A DNA stretch of 64,000 bases, taken from Auanema rhodensis (Eukaryota > Animalia > Nematoda). Location: contig OZ059898.1 in NCBI GenBank assembly GCA_964057225.1, forward strand, positions 15,252,001-15,316,000, written 5' to 3'. A program made the translations under genes and the position numbers. The notes under the pieces are model-generated. The model searched no databases, had not been told where the DNA came from, and was given only the letters and a program-made list of their open reading frames with translations. Of the stretch, positions 38,762-51,600 are shown in pieces; the stretch's first letter is position 1; each line of letters starts with the position of its first letter.

Positions 38762-41700
38762 CTTAGTGAAGTTATATTGAGTTATGGATAGTTTAATTTC
38801 CTAAAGCTTGTGGGAAAGACAACTAGTAATGTGAGGACGATTTCGTCAGAGAAAAACTGAAAAGAAAACGATATACATACTTCAGAACATATTATGAAAT
38901 CTTATAAATGACGGAAATGAAAGCAAATTTCAAAGAAAAAAGGTAAAAACGAAACAAGCTGGGAGGATGTTGAATGCTATGTTTTGAAAAAGAAAGAACA
39001 TGAGAGCTGATGAGACGCACTTTCGAATCAGGATGTAGTGATGAAGACGATGATGCTAAGAGCAGTGAAGAGAGTGGGACAGTTTGACAAAAAAGGAACA
39101 AAAAAGCAAAGTTTGAAAAAATTGGACAGCATCTGACAATTGGCGATAATTTAAAGTAAATAGTCGAATGAAGACGAATGTTAAAGAAGGTGCGATTGAA
39201 CGATTTTGGCCTTTGGATGATCAATTAGAGTTGTAGAGTTATAGGTATTACGAGAATAAAAACTGTTTTTCTAGTAATTATTCATGTTTTGTAGTTATTT
39301 TAAGAACAAAAACCTAATAAATGTATCTGAATTCATCCAAACTTCAAACAATTGAGCCATCCTTTTTTGAAAAATCAGACATTTTTGCCTAAAATACTAG
39401 AAATGTTCTTTAAAAAAAGAAGATTATCGTGATCTTTAATCAAAACATATGTATTTCAACAATGATGATAAAACTAAAAAAATAGCTGGACATATATCAA
39501 TAGGTTAGGTGAATTGATCCGAACGAAGCTTAGAAAAACAATGAGATGCAGTGGGAGGCCTAGCCACACCTTACAAACTGTCAACAAATCATCATGACTG
39601 TAAGAAGTTGTAGATAATGAATGAAGATAGCTGATATGAAGGCAATTTTTAATGTAAATTCGCGCAAATAGCTTTCAGAATACTGTAGTATTCCTGTAGA
39701 CAAGGTGGAGGACTGTATGAGAATCAAAGGGAATTTCAAAAGGATTCGTGCTTTCAGCCTTCTATCTTCTCATGCCTTTGCGTGGCTCTTCTGTTGTCAA
39801 TCATCCGAGAAGAGATGAGATTCAAGAGATGGGTGAGAATAAGTTTCATTCAACAATCGGCATATCACGCTTCAACATTTCAAAAAGCATTATCAGAAAA
39901 ACACCCGTAAACTACGATTTCAACAAGCTTCTTTTGAGCTTGAAAAAAAAAGAAAAAAGTGCCGAAGAAGAAAGATGAAACGACAAAGTGAGCTACAAAC
40001 TTTTCAAATGGAACTGAACAAGCTTTGGACGAGGATTAGGTTTACAAATATTTTAATGAAATTACAATATACAGCTTTGTGTTTATTAAGTTGGATAGTT
40101 TGTAATTAGGTTTCCCAACCTTTTCTTAAAACTTGAAGATTAGAGTATAGAGCAAGAACAGAGGGTTTGAAACAAACACTGGAAGTGTACGATTCTGATA
40201 TCATTTATAAAAATCAGACGAACTATAGATAGGGTCGACAAAATGAGATGAAGCTGAATCACAGAAATAACTGACACGAGTACCGATGTGAGAGGCCATA
40301 CAAGGAGATCGACAAGAGCCGATGTAAGGTAAAAGGACTTTGGTTAGTATGGTAAGAAGGACAGAAGTCTGACAGTCTTTCTCTCTCAACACCTATTTCT
40401 CTACTCGCTTCTTCACCTCTAGATCCCATCTCACCCTCCCTCCTCATCTCTCTTAACCTCTGTTACTATCTCTAAGCTTCTCTTGTTCATTCACTTGAAT
40501 AAGAGGACACAAGCCGGTGGGTTGTTTGAGTAGAAAGACGAGGCGTCCTCCCTCATCGTTTGACCACTCCTTCGTGCTCACAGTTCGTCATCTCTCGACT
40601 GAAAACTCACAGAAGAATAGAATACATTCATAAGCACAGCTATTGCGTACCATAACTGAACACTAAAGCATAATCATTAAGAAAATGACTAACTGGACGT
40701 TCCCGTTCAGTTATCGGTAGTCAAAACAACGGTGAAATAGCCTGACGAAGCTAACGACGACCGATTCGTTAACGAGATAATCGCTGATGGCGGACAGCTA
40801 ACGTTAGCTAACAAGCTAAGACACGCCCATACATCTCCTTATGGAAAAATTATTTTGGGTGGTAGAACACACAAAAGACTATGAGGAATGGAAAAGGGGT
40901 TGGATCTTAGGGACTAAGGAGGTGGAAACCAAAGGAGATACGGAAGGATATAGAGATAATACGAGAAGAGAAATAACCCAAAGGGATCTCATAATTCTGA
41001 CCTAGTTGATAGCTGGCTGTCTCGTGAAAGCTGACAGTCAATGGCAGTAAGCTTACTTACTTGTCCATAGAAGGAAGAATAACGAGATGAGAGACGAAGA
41101 AGTGGGTAAAAGAGAAGAAGAAGAAGAATATGATGATGATGATGAGAAGGAGAAATATGAACGAGGGAGAGAAAGAGAGAGAAGGTTATTCAATACACAA
41201 TATAGTACGAAGTGATGAGGAGAGGCAAAGCAATATGGTTGAAGATGGTTGGCAAAAGAAGAAAATAGAAAGCCATATAAGGATAGAGTAGATGGATAGA
41301 ATAGTAAGAGCAAGTGAGAGAAAAGGAATATATGTGTATGAGGTTGGAGGTAGAAGATAGAATGACTGTACACAAATACTAGAAAATCAAAAGGTGAACC
41401 TATATATGTACATATAATAAAGTCTCTCATTTCAATATAGAAGGTAATAATGGTAAAAGCTGTGACTTCAATTGGTTATGAAGGTAATTTGCTTAGGTTT
41501 CAGTTTCTATGATTTTCCATTAGCACGAAATGTGGAAAGCTGAGTGTTAATTAAGAGAAAAAATAGAATTGTTTACATAGGAACTATAAAGATTGAATGT
41601 AGCAGCTCTATTACATAAGTTATGCTGATGTTTTGACAAGTTTTTTACAGTAGAAAACTTACTTATCAGGTAGTTTAATGCTGAGAAAAGGGTGTCAATA

Positions 41701-44700
41701 ATATGTCGTAAAGCTGAGATAAAGACAGTGAAACCTGTGGCGTGTAATGATTGACCTTAAGCCTAATCAAACACAAGCAGTAAAGTAGTTTGCCAAATCC
41801 AGATCGAAAAGAAAAGCAGCAAGAGACATAGTGAGAGAAATGTAGAACGAGGTAAGAAGAGATTGGTGAAATCAAGAACATGTAAGCATATTCCTATATT
41901 ATATTCAAACTTAAACTAAACAAGACACATCAATAAAGGTAAGAGAGGGGAATGAGGAAAAGCCATAGCATAGCAGTAAAGAAATTATGAATCAAGTCAT
42001 GCCTATAAGTGTGTAACGAGAATAGCATTTATCTTCATACATTCATAGATACATCATATACAGGTATCTATAGAAATATAATTTGACATCCTCACTTCAA
42101 GATTAAACTACAAATAAATAGAAAAATATAAATATTAGTTTATAGTTTGATTCCTTAAAATCGAAGTTTATCATGCACAGCACAGGCATACATGTTGTGC
42201 AATTACTATTAAAACACAAGAAATGACATAGAAATAAATTACGAATTCCAGTAAAATCTATATCTTCAAAAGGTATTTTATCAGACAACAAAGGCGTTTT
42301 CTTTACCAACTTTTTTTCTAAGAACTTTCCTCCGATTTTCTAAAAGTAGAAAGTGACAGTTCCAGGTTCACTGACACATGTTCAAGGTAAGCATGCATAT
42401 TATGCCAATTTTCAATTGAATAGCAATTGCTTGCGACATACAAACTAACTTCAAATTTCTTTGATTTCTTTTGTTAAATATCGACAATTTTTGGATAGTT
42501 TTATCTCAAATTATAATTACATAATTCTCATGGCAATAATATCACATGTACCTATCTGACCATTAAGTTTATTCATCTGATTCTACTCTAAGTTTAAACA
42601 TTTTAAAAGCTAAACAAGAACAATTAATCGCGGTTTATTACGAAATAAAAACATGAAAATTTGATTTCTCATAAATGGGAAAGGTACGGCTTCAAAAGAT
42701 CCCGACTGTCCATCATGATCTACATGTATGGTAGAGATGGCTGGCGAACTGATTTACGATGAGCGATGTCGGGCAGGTTCCCAGATAATCTAAAATCTTA
42801 ATTTCTTTCCGTTTTTTTTCACCCATTTCCTGATTCATATTTTCAATTCTATAGAATATTCGTCGAAAGGTCTACGAACATAACAATATGAATTCAGCGT
42901 TTCTAATGATACGATGAAGAAAAAACTGCAAAACTGTAAAAGGTATATGAATCCCAATATGACTTTCAACCTGTTCCCCTGACACAGTGCTTGATGAAAA
43001 CCGGTACATCTTTACCTCAAGAGTGTTGTCTATTCCTAACTCAATGAAGGGAAATCTGCTGTTTCAATGACAATTGAGTTATATATTTCAAAAAAAAAAA
43101 AAAAACAATTTCAATCTCTTTGAAACGACAGAATTTCCACTCAGCGTAACTGACTTGTCCCCTTTTCCTATTCCAATATTGTTGGGTAAGGTAATCTGAT
43201 TAGCATATTTTACACGTGAGCATTTTATTTATTGAATAAAAATTATAATGAGCGGTTGTATGGCAAAACAAACATATTATACGTACTTATTAATGAATTT
43301 CCATTTTATTTTACATTTTCATTATTATCTAATAGATGGTTAGAAATATCAAATTTGGGCGAAAAATCGCATCTGAAAGGCATCTTGATGATCATCCAAT
43401 AATCTTCAACAGTGCCTTTCTGTTAATTTGTATGAATTAGCAACGATTGGAATCTGTCATCATCCACTTAGCTTAAACATGTGTTAAGTCTTTGTCAACT
43501 CTTAGCTAGATTTTCCAGAAGCCAAGAAGAGAGAAGTATTACTCTTGTACATAGGCATCGTCTATATACAGAGAGAGAAAGATTGGGAGGGAGAGAGAGA
43601 GAAAGAAATCACACAGTGTCAACTCAATTTCTTTAATTACCAATTATCTGTTAGTATGGTAATCTGTCGGATAAAGCAATTGATTAGAAAAGGATAAAAA
43701 GAAAATTTGTCCATTGTTCACCAACCCTGATTTATATATTATTTTTTCTTTCACATCACTCAATTCTATAAGCAATTTTTAAGAAGAATATAGGAAAAGA
43801 AGATTGTTATTTTGGTTTTTTCGTTTTTTGTTTCTTAGATTATAACTGGAAAGGCTTCATCAGTATACATTTACTGAATAATAACAAGAAAATATTTGCG
43901 AATATACAGAATATTCATTGATAGCGACTTATTTAGACAACTAGTACCCTCCCAAACAATATTAAAATATAGCGCGACAATATAGTACTAACTTATCTGA
44001 TATATTTAGTATATATATATACATATTTTTTTCTATTTACTACTCGAATGACTAGCTTTACTAGAGAACAATTATATATATGTGGTGAAAAATATTTATA
44101 ATAATATATATTGGATATGTCATCTCATTATAACTATTAAGAATACATTGGTCTAATTAGATTGTGCTCTTTTGGAAGCACATGAGGGATAAGGAAGATG
44201 AGCATTATTCACGTAAGAATACCCGATAACCAACAGTGAAATAACACAATAATAACATGAGTAATATGCTCTTAAGAGGACAAGATCCAATAACTTGATT
44301 AGGTTATAATAAAGCTTCAGCATTATATAGTATATGTGTGTATGAATATCTTCTACATATATATATAGGTTATGAATATATGTATACAGCTTATATTAAA
44401 GTTCTATTTGGGATCCTATACTTGAGAACATATTCACTTGAAACTATTTCCCTTGAAACTTTAAAATTTACTAGTGTAAAACCCCTCAAATATGTAAAAG
44501 GAAAATCACAGCAACATTTTCCTATATTAACCATGGTAAAATAGAAAATAACGCCATTTCTTTCTTTTATTCCTAAAGTTCAAAGCTCGGAAATTTTAAT
44601 TCAGACCTCCGGTAAACCTTCTATAATGTGCACTTACATTCACTTCTTTAAATTCTTTATTCACACTTAGTTTCTGAAGCTGTTTGCGCCAAACTAATCA

Positions 44701-45694
44701 GTTACTTTATACTGTGATTAGTAGAGGAATTGCTAGAATAGAATGGAAAAACTACGTGAACCAATTTGCAACAGAAAAAACATGAGCACCGAAAAATGGT
44801 GAACAGCAATTTCCTCTACCTCTCCAAAATTTTCCTCAATTACATTGAAATATTGATCAGTAACCTCTCCAATTTTCCTACGAACTCTTGTTTCTATGGA
44901 ATCCATTTGAAAAAAGATTCTCTCTTGTTTCATTAGAAAACGAAAAATTTGACAATAAATCATTAATTATACATAAAGGGTATCAATTCAAGGAAACATG
45001 ATGAGTATTCTTACATTGCTTTATTTGAGTAAGCAACTAACGATTACTTTACACATGCATATATAGAAAATAAAATGTTCTGAATTAGTATTGCCATCAA
45101 ATTATCAAAAAAAGTATTGGATATACAAAGTTCCCTCCAATTTATGAAACTTTTCAAATATATCTTGTTATGTTACAAAGTGTCGAGTCGAGTATCTGAT
45201 TTCGATTAGTCACTCTACTTTTTCATGGAACATTACAAACCAGCGTTTAATAAGCTTTTTAGATGTTTCAAAAAAAATTTATCTAAGTCAATTGATTAAG
45301 TATAGTACAAAATCCAAGAATAACTCATACACTAAGGTCCATTGATTAGTAAAAAAATTAACGAATACCTACTCTTAAAAAAAACCAATATTTTCAAGTA
45401 CGAATTAAAATTTAACTTTCCTAATTATAAAAATTTCATTTAACTTTAATTCAAATAAAATAGCTACAAATAAAACTATATTACACTTGCCCGGCTATTT
45501 GAACAGAACGTATGAGATATCTTCATAAAAAATTAAAGGTCTGCGTTTCAATTTTCTCAAAAATATTTGGATACGGTAACCCGAAATTGCGCTGTTTTGT
45601 CATCATTTGAATCGTATAATTTTCTATTTATTTATAATTTTTATCTTTGCTTTCACAGGTTCCTTACATTAACGGTACCTGAGATTTTATAGAA

Positions 45695-48600
45695 ATGCAA
45701 CTTATTCTTAATGCCTGGAAAAACCGTGTTGGAGGACCAGTTGACGCAAGTAAGAATTAAACAAAAAATCCATTTGTAAGCATTAATATTATTAGGTGCT
45801 TTTTTGCAAACATTAGAATCCCCCAGAGCTTTACATAAGGAGAAGGAACTTATTATTGAAACTTTTGACGATTGGGATGTTTTAACTAACACTTGGTTTG
45901 AGGTAATTTTTTTTAAAAACAATTATCTTATATATAAAATTATCATTGTAGATTGCTGATTCCTTACCTTTCATTGAAGGCTTGTTTGAAGATATTACCT
46001 TCCCTGCTCGTCAAAAGGCCGCTCTTCTCGCTTCAAAGGTTTACATTAATTTCAGCTTTCAAATTATTTGTGAAATTCAGGTTGCATTTTGCCTTGAAGA
46101 TTATAAACTTGCTCTATCTCTTGCTCTCTCAGCTGATGGAGCTTTTCAACTTTCTCCCCGTCCATCATCTAATTTAGTCGGAAATAAAGATGAAGAAGTG
46201 ATACTTAATAATTATTTTAAAATTTTAATCTATGTATTCTAGTATGTTAACAAAATTATCGAAGTAGCCTTGGATTCATACAAGGTTGCCAGAAGTGAGG
46301 ACGAAGAAATTGATTCAAGATTAGAAGCTTTGGTTAATCGCCTTTTTGAAAGAAATCTAGAGAAGGTTAGCTTTTTTTCTATATAAATTATTACATTTAA
46401 TTTTTTTATAGAAAGAATTCCGTTATGTTGTTGGGCTTGCCCTTGAGACTAGACGTGTTGATATGGTTGAACGCGCCATTAAAGCTAGCAATGATATATC
46501 AGGCATTTTCTTTTTATCTTTTTTGTGTTATATAGGCTGTTTAGGATTATTAACTGAAACTGTTCAAAAGGTTCTTGATGGTCATCTTGATGCTTCGCTT
46601 AGGAATTCCCTCCTTGATATGCTTCTTGGTATATTCTCCACTCAAGATCAGCCAGATTTTGTTGCTCTTGTTCAGGTTTGTTAAATTAATTCAACTGTAA
46701 TGATTTTACTTTTTCAGTGTCTCATTCGGCTCGAGAAACCAGCTGATGTTGCTGATTTGTTGAACCGACTTTTGAATCAACCTGTAAGTTTAAATTATCC
46801 AAATAGCAATACTATTTTTTTTAGGAAGGCGAGTTGTTAGCTTACCAAATTGCTTTCGATTTATATGAAAACGCATCTCAACAGTTTATTGGCAAGATCT
46901 TAACTGTTCTTAACTCCGAAGAAGCATCAAGGTAGTTATTAGATTACATCATACGAATTATTTGTTTATTTTCAGATCAGAGTCCAGCGAATCTCCTGCT
47001 GATAGCACCAAGAAGGTAAAGGATATTCTCGTGGCTTGGGAAGCAGTAAGTACTCAGTGTGCTGCATGCCTGAGACTGCTTTTTAATATTTGACAACTAA
47101 TTCCACCAAACTAAATTAACAAACACGTTGTCTTAGCTTAATATTTGTTGTTTAGGTGACTCCTCACTCCCGTTTGAGAGCTATTCTCAGAGGCGAGGAG
47201 ACTATTAAGCATCATATGCAATTCCTTATCAAAAATAATCACACAGATATGCTAGTTTTGAAGGTCAGAGTACTTTATAAGTTTTTTAAACAGAATTTTC
47301 TTTTACAGGAAATGAAAGATTATGTACGTACTGCTACAGCTCACAATGCCACTTTAATGGCCAATGGTATCATGCACTTGGGTACAACTTGTGATGATTT
47401 CTTGAGAGATAATCTCGATTGGATCAGCAAAGCTACTAACTGGAATAAATTCAATGCTGTTGCTTCTCTCGGTCTTATTCATAAGGTAATTTCATCATAC
47501 TTCTGTGTCATGATTATCATTTAAAGGGACATGAAACTGCTGCTATGAAGCTTCTTGAACCATACTTACCAAAAACAGAAACTGATCAATTTGGTTTCAA
47601 AGAAGGAGGATCTTTATATGCACTCGGTTTGTTTCTTTGTATCAATTTCTTTTTATTCGCTAAATTGTTATTCCATCTAGTTTCATTTTTTTTCATTTTG
47701 AGCTTTTCTCTCAAGTTTGAGCTGTAGCGCGTTTGGCTATTGAATTTTCGCATTTGATTTAAAAAAAGCTTCTCAACATGGTCCTCAAAATGGCTCGATT
47801 ATAATTACGATTTTTAAAGGTTTGATTCATGCTAACCACGGAAATCCCACTGTCATCAAATTCTTGAAACAAGAAGTTGCCAATGCTTCCACTTCCGCGG
47901 TTCGCCACGGAGCTTGTCTTGGGTTGGGATTGGCTGCAATGGGAACTCACGATCAGGAAGTTATTACCAAATAGATTTCTGTTTTGAAATAATTGTTTTT
48001 CAAGGTTTACTTGACCCTTCGTGATGCTCTGTACCTGGATGATGCAGTTACTGGAGAAGCCGCTGGTTTGGCAATGGGTCTTGTCATGGTATAGGATCAT
48101 GCAAGAAAAAGCTCACTTCATTTAATTTCAGGTTGGAAGCTTACATGAAACTGCTTTCACTGAAATGGTTCAATACGTCAGTGATACTCAACATGACAAA
48201 ATTCAGAGAGGTCTAAGAACCGGAATTTCCCTTCTTGCCTACGGTTAGAATTTGCATTTGTTTGTGATAAATGGTTCACGCTTTTAGGAAGACAAGAGGA
48301 GTGTGAGAAAGTAGTTACTCCTCTCCTCGAAAACAAGAGTAATGCTGTTCTGAGAGCCACTGGTGTTTGCATGCTAGCTATGGCTTATGTTGGAACTGGA
48401 AAGGCAACTGTTGCTACCAGACTTTTGGAAAAAGTGAAATTATTAATGATGTTATGGGGAACGTTTAGTGTTGTTCTTCCAGGTTGCAACTGATCCCAAT
48501 AATGACGTGAAACGCTTCGCTGTAATGGCTTTCGGATTCTTGTTGATCAAGTACGTGTTTTTTTTCTTTTTGATTTTCTTATTTCTTCAATATTATGAGG

Positions 48601-51600
48601 GGAAGTGAGGAAAAGAAAAAAGTTATCGATAACGTTTTAATGCGAAATACTAAGAATACTGGTTTGTACAAACGTGTGACACGAGTAGATATGACTACCG
48701 TTTTGATAAAAAAAATACATGTTAGGAGGAACCGTGAGAAAGAGGAAATACACGTATTAAAGTATGAAAAATTCTTCAAATGGAACATAAAAATAAATAA
48801 ATATGGACATATATCTTGTGAGCGACCAGTGAGTGAGCAACTTGTTGGTTTACAGAAAAGTTTCTTTTATTTGTTTACCAAAAGCGGATGAAAAAAGTGT
48901 CAAGTGTTGAGGACAACTATTGGCGGAGGATGACATAGTAGTATCAGTATCAGAACTATCCATCATACATCTGCAGCGCTGGCAATCCATACAGGAAACG
49001 GATTTCGGGAAATCAGAAATATTAATAGTACTCGGCGTAATTAGAGTGGTGAAGGACTTGCGGATGACGACAGAAGTATAGATACGAGGTGGTATTAGAG
49101 GCTTTTGCTCGCTTATAATATCTTCATCACTGGTTTCTTCCGTCGTTGCTCGCGAGTCCCTGAATACGCTTCCGCTCAAACTGGGTTGTTGACTGGAATC
49201 CTACAAAGAAAAACGTTGAGAAATGCTCAAAAACGTAATTGTTAACCTTTTTCTCTCTGCTGGTTTTACTGTCATCACTATTTTGTCTTTGCCAAGAATC
49301 ACATCCGTTTTTTAAATTTTCTGTCGCAGTCGTTTCCTCCTTTCCATTAACGGATACCATTCTTTCATGATTAGACCTGAAAAAGTTTCATTTTATGGCT
49401 TAAAAAGAGGTTAAATTTGTGGAAAAAAGTTGGATATTTCTATATGGGAACTAGCTGTTGTGCTGATGAAATATCAATGGATACGTACTTCCGGTGGATG
49501 TGGGTTTGCCAATACAATGGCTTAGTAATCTTTATTCCACTAAATAACTAAATGCTTTGTCTATTTGAATTGCTCTAGCGATTAGGTCGAAGTCTTTTCA
49601 TGATTTATAGTTTCACATATGGAGGAAGTTGGTTTTTTCTTTTTTCGAAAAAAAAATTTGATTGAAGCTCTTCGTAACTTGAGATCGTACATGTTATTTT
49701 TTGAAACAGAATTGTGTATCTGTTTTGAGTAAAGTCGCACGTTTATCTTACCAAGGTGATTACGACACATTGGCGGCTGTTCCAAGTATCGAATATCAAG
49801 ACCTGGTTGCTCTCAAAGCAGAAGATTATATACACAAGGACATGGGAAGAAGGTTAAAGTGAAAGCAAAAAAAAATTTCCATCTTCTTGTACTCTTGGAA
49901 AACTACGTCTACATTTGCGCCTAAGAATATTCTGCGCCTCTTATTTCTGCTATGATTTATTCAGGAAGACAATTGATTTTTGCGCGTCTAAACCTTTCGC
50001 CAGATCCTCGCACGGGAGGCACTCAACAGTGAATTCCTAACTAAGAAGAACGACAAAGACTCACCATGTGTAGGTGTCTGGAATGACAGTGGTGAAGTTA
50101 CGTGAATATAAGGCACTTTGATCTCTTAAGGGATGGAAGCACTGACAACGAAGGATCCGTACAAAAGCTTGTCGGAACCTCTTGTTGAATACAGTATAGA
50201 TAATTGGATTAATAGTACTGGAAATATAACCAAGCCATAGGAATAACGAGCCAAGCCATGAAGGAGGAGCACAATCGGAACCACAAAATCCCATGATAAA
50301 GTTAGCAATAAAGAAAGGTGTCCAGCAAATAAAGAAGCAAATAAATACGACAGCGAGTACTCTAGTGGCCTTGTGCTCATTTGCAAGTTCTTGACTTGCT
50401 GCCTGTAAATTATCAATTTGAATGTGATTTTTGACAGATGGGTTTTTATTTGTAACTTGCTAACCTGTAATGAGCTTCTGCGACTTACACGACTTGCAAT
50501 ACTAGACAAATAATTAGATGTTCTGGACTTCCATCGGTTTATCGTAGATGTTTTTGTCAACACAGCATGTCCGTTGGACGTTTGTGACTTGCTCTTTTTC
50601 AAAGTAATCAACTTGGTCATGTCTGCATCCGTCAGGCTTGGCTGATAGCTATTTGAATAACTAGCAATGCTTGTCTTGGGGCCGTTACTGCAATTTAAAT
50701 CGTATGGTGACGAGATATATTTTGTCACCTGTTACTGCTTGATTTGTGAGTTCCGTGGCTAGCGAATCCATTAGTTGACGTCGAGTTTGTTCGTACATAG
50801 CCTAGTTTCCTATGGGGAATCGTGCGGCGTAGCCCGTTGCCGTTCAGCTTGTCGTTCGCACGTTGGCTCAAAATGGATGCTTGCTTGTTAAGCAGATTTG
50901 TTGTGCGCACATAGGTGACAGCCATGATTCCGAATGGGATAAGGAATGTTAAAGTCGACCCGTAAATAATATAGTATTGACTGAAAACTGTGAATAAAAG
51001 GAGGAATGTTTAGGAAAAGCTGTACCTGAATATCATGCAGGTGTTATCTCTGAGAATATTTGTATTGTCAATAACTGCTAGTACTGCTATTGGCGAAGAT
51101 ACTAGTAAAGTTATGAACCATACCAAAGCTATCTTTGTTAGAATCATAGTTTTTGACTTATTGCGTGTTCGAAGAGGCTGAGAAATGCCTAAGTACCGGT
51201 CCAGCGAAATGACGGACATATGAACAATACTGGCACTGCACAGAAAAACGTCAGCATATACATATAGAAGACACATAGACACGTTCCATGTCCATAGTCC
51301 TGAATTTGGAAATAGATTAAATATACGTCATATATCCCTAGGTTTTTAGTGGTGCACTGAGATTGTCAGGGTGGGCTTTTCAACTGTTTGTTTGTATAGT
51401 GTGTGAAATTTTTCGTTTACCTTTGCTTATTATTTGCAAGAAACAATGTTTAAAATGTACTGAAGAATAGGAGCCGTCATGATTAAGGGTTTGGTTCAAA
51501 ATTCAGTAGATAGAAAATGAAAGTTATAAGAATGAGGGAGTTGACTCAATGAGGATTCATTACTAATATTATTCAAAGTTAATGATACAGAAGAATAAAA

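Noticed and set aside
38990-40330. Exon-like plus-strand blocks upstream of the cadherin
   Set aside because: No consistent spliced frame or homology could be built.
41010-41040. Short hairpin containing TCGTGAAAGCT, similar to the miR-81 3' end
   Set aside because: It lacks the GAGATCA seed and the stem is too short.
47040-47130. Two hairpins in an rpn-2 intron suggesting an H/ACA snoRNA
   Set aside because: No ANANNA hinge and no ACA box after the second stem.
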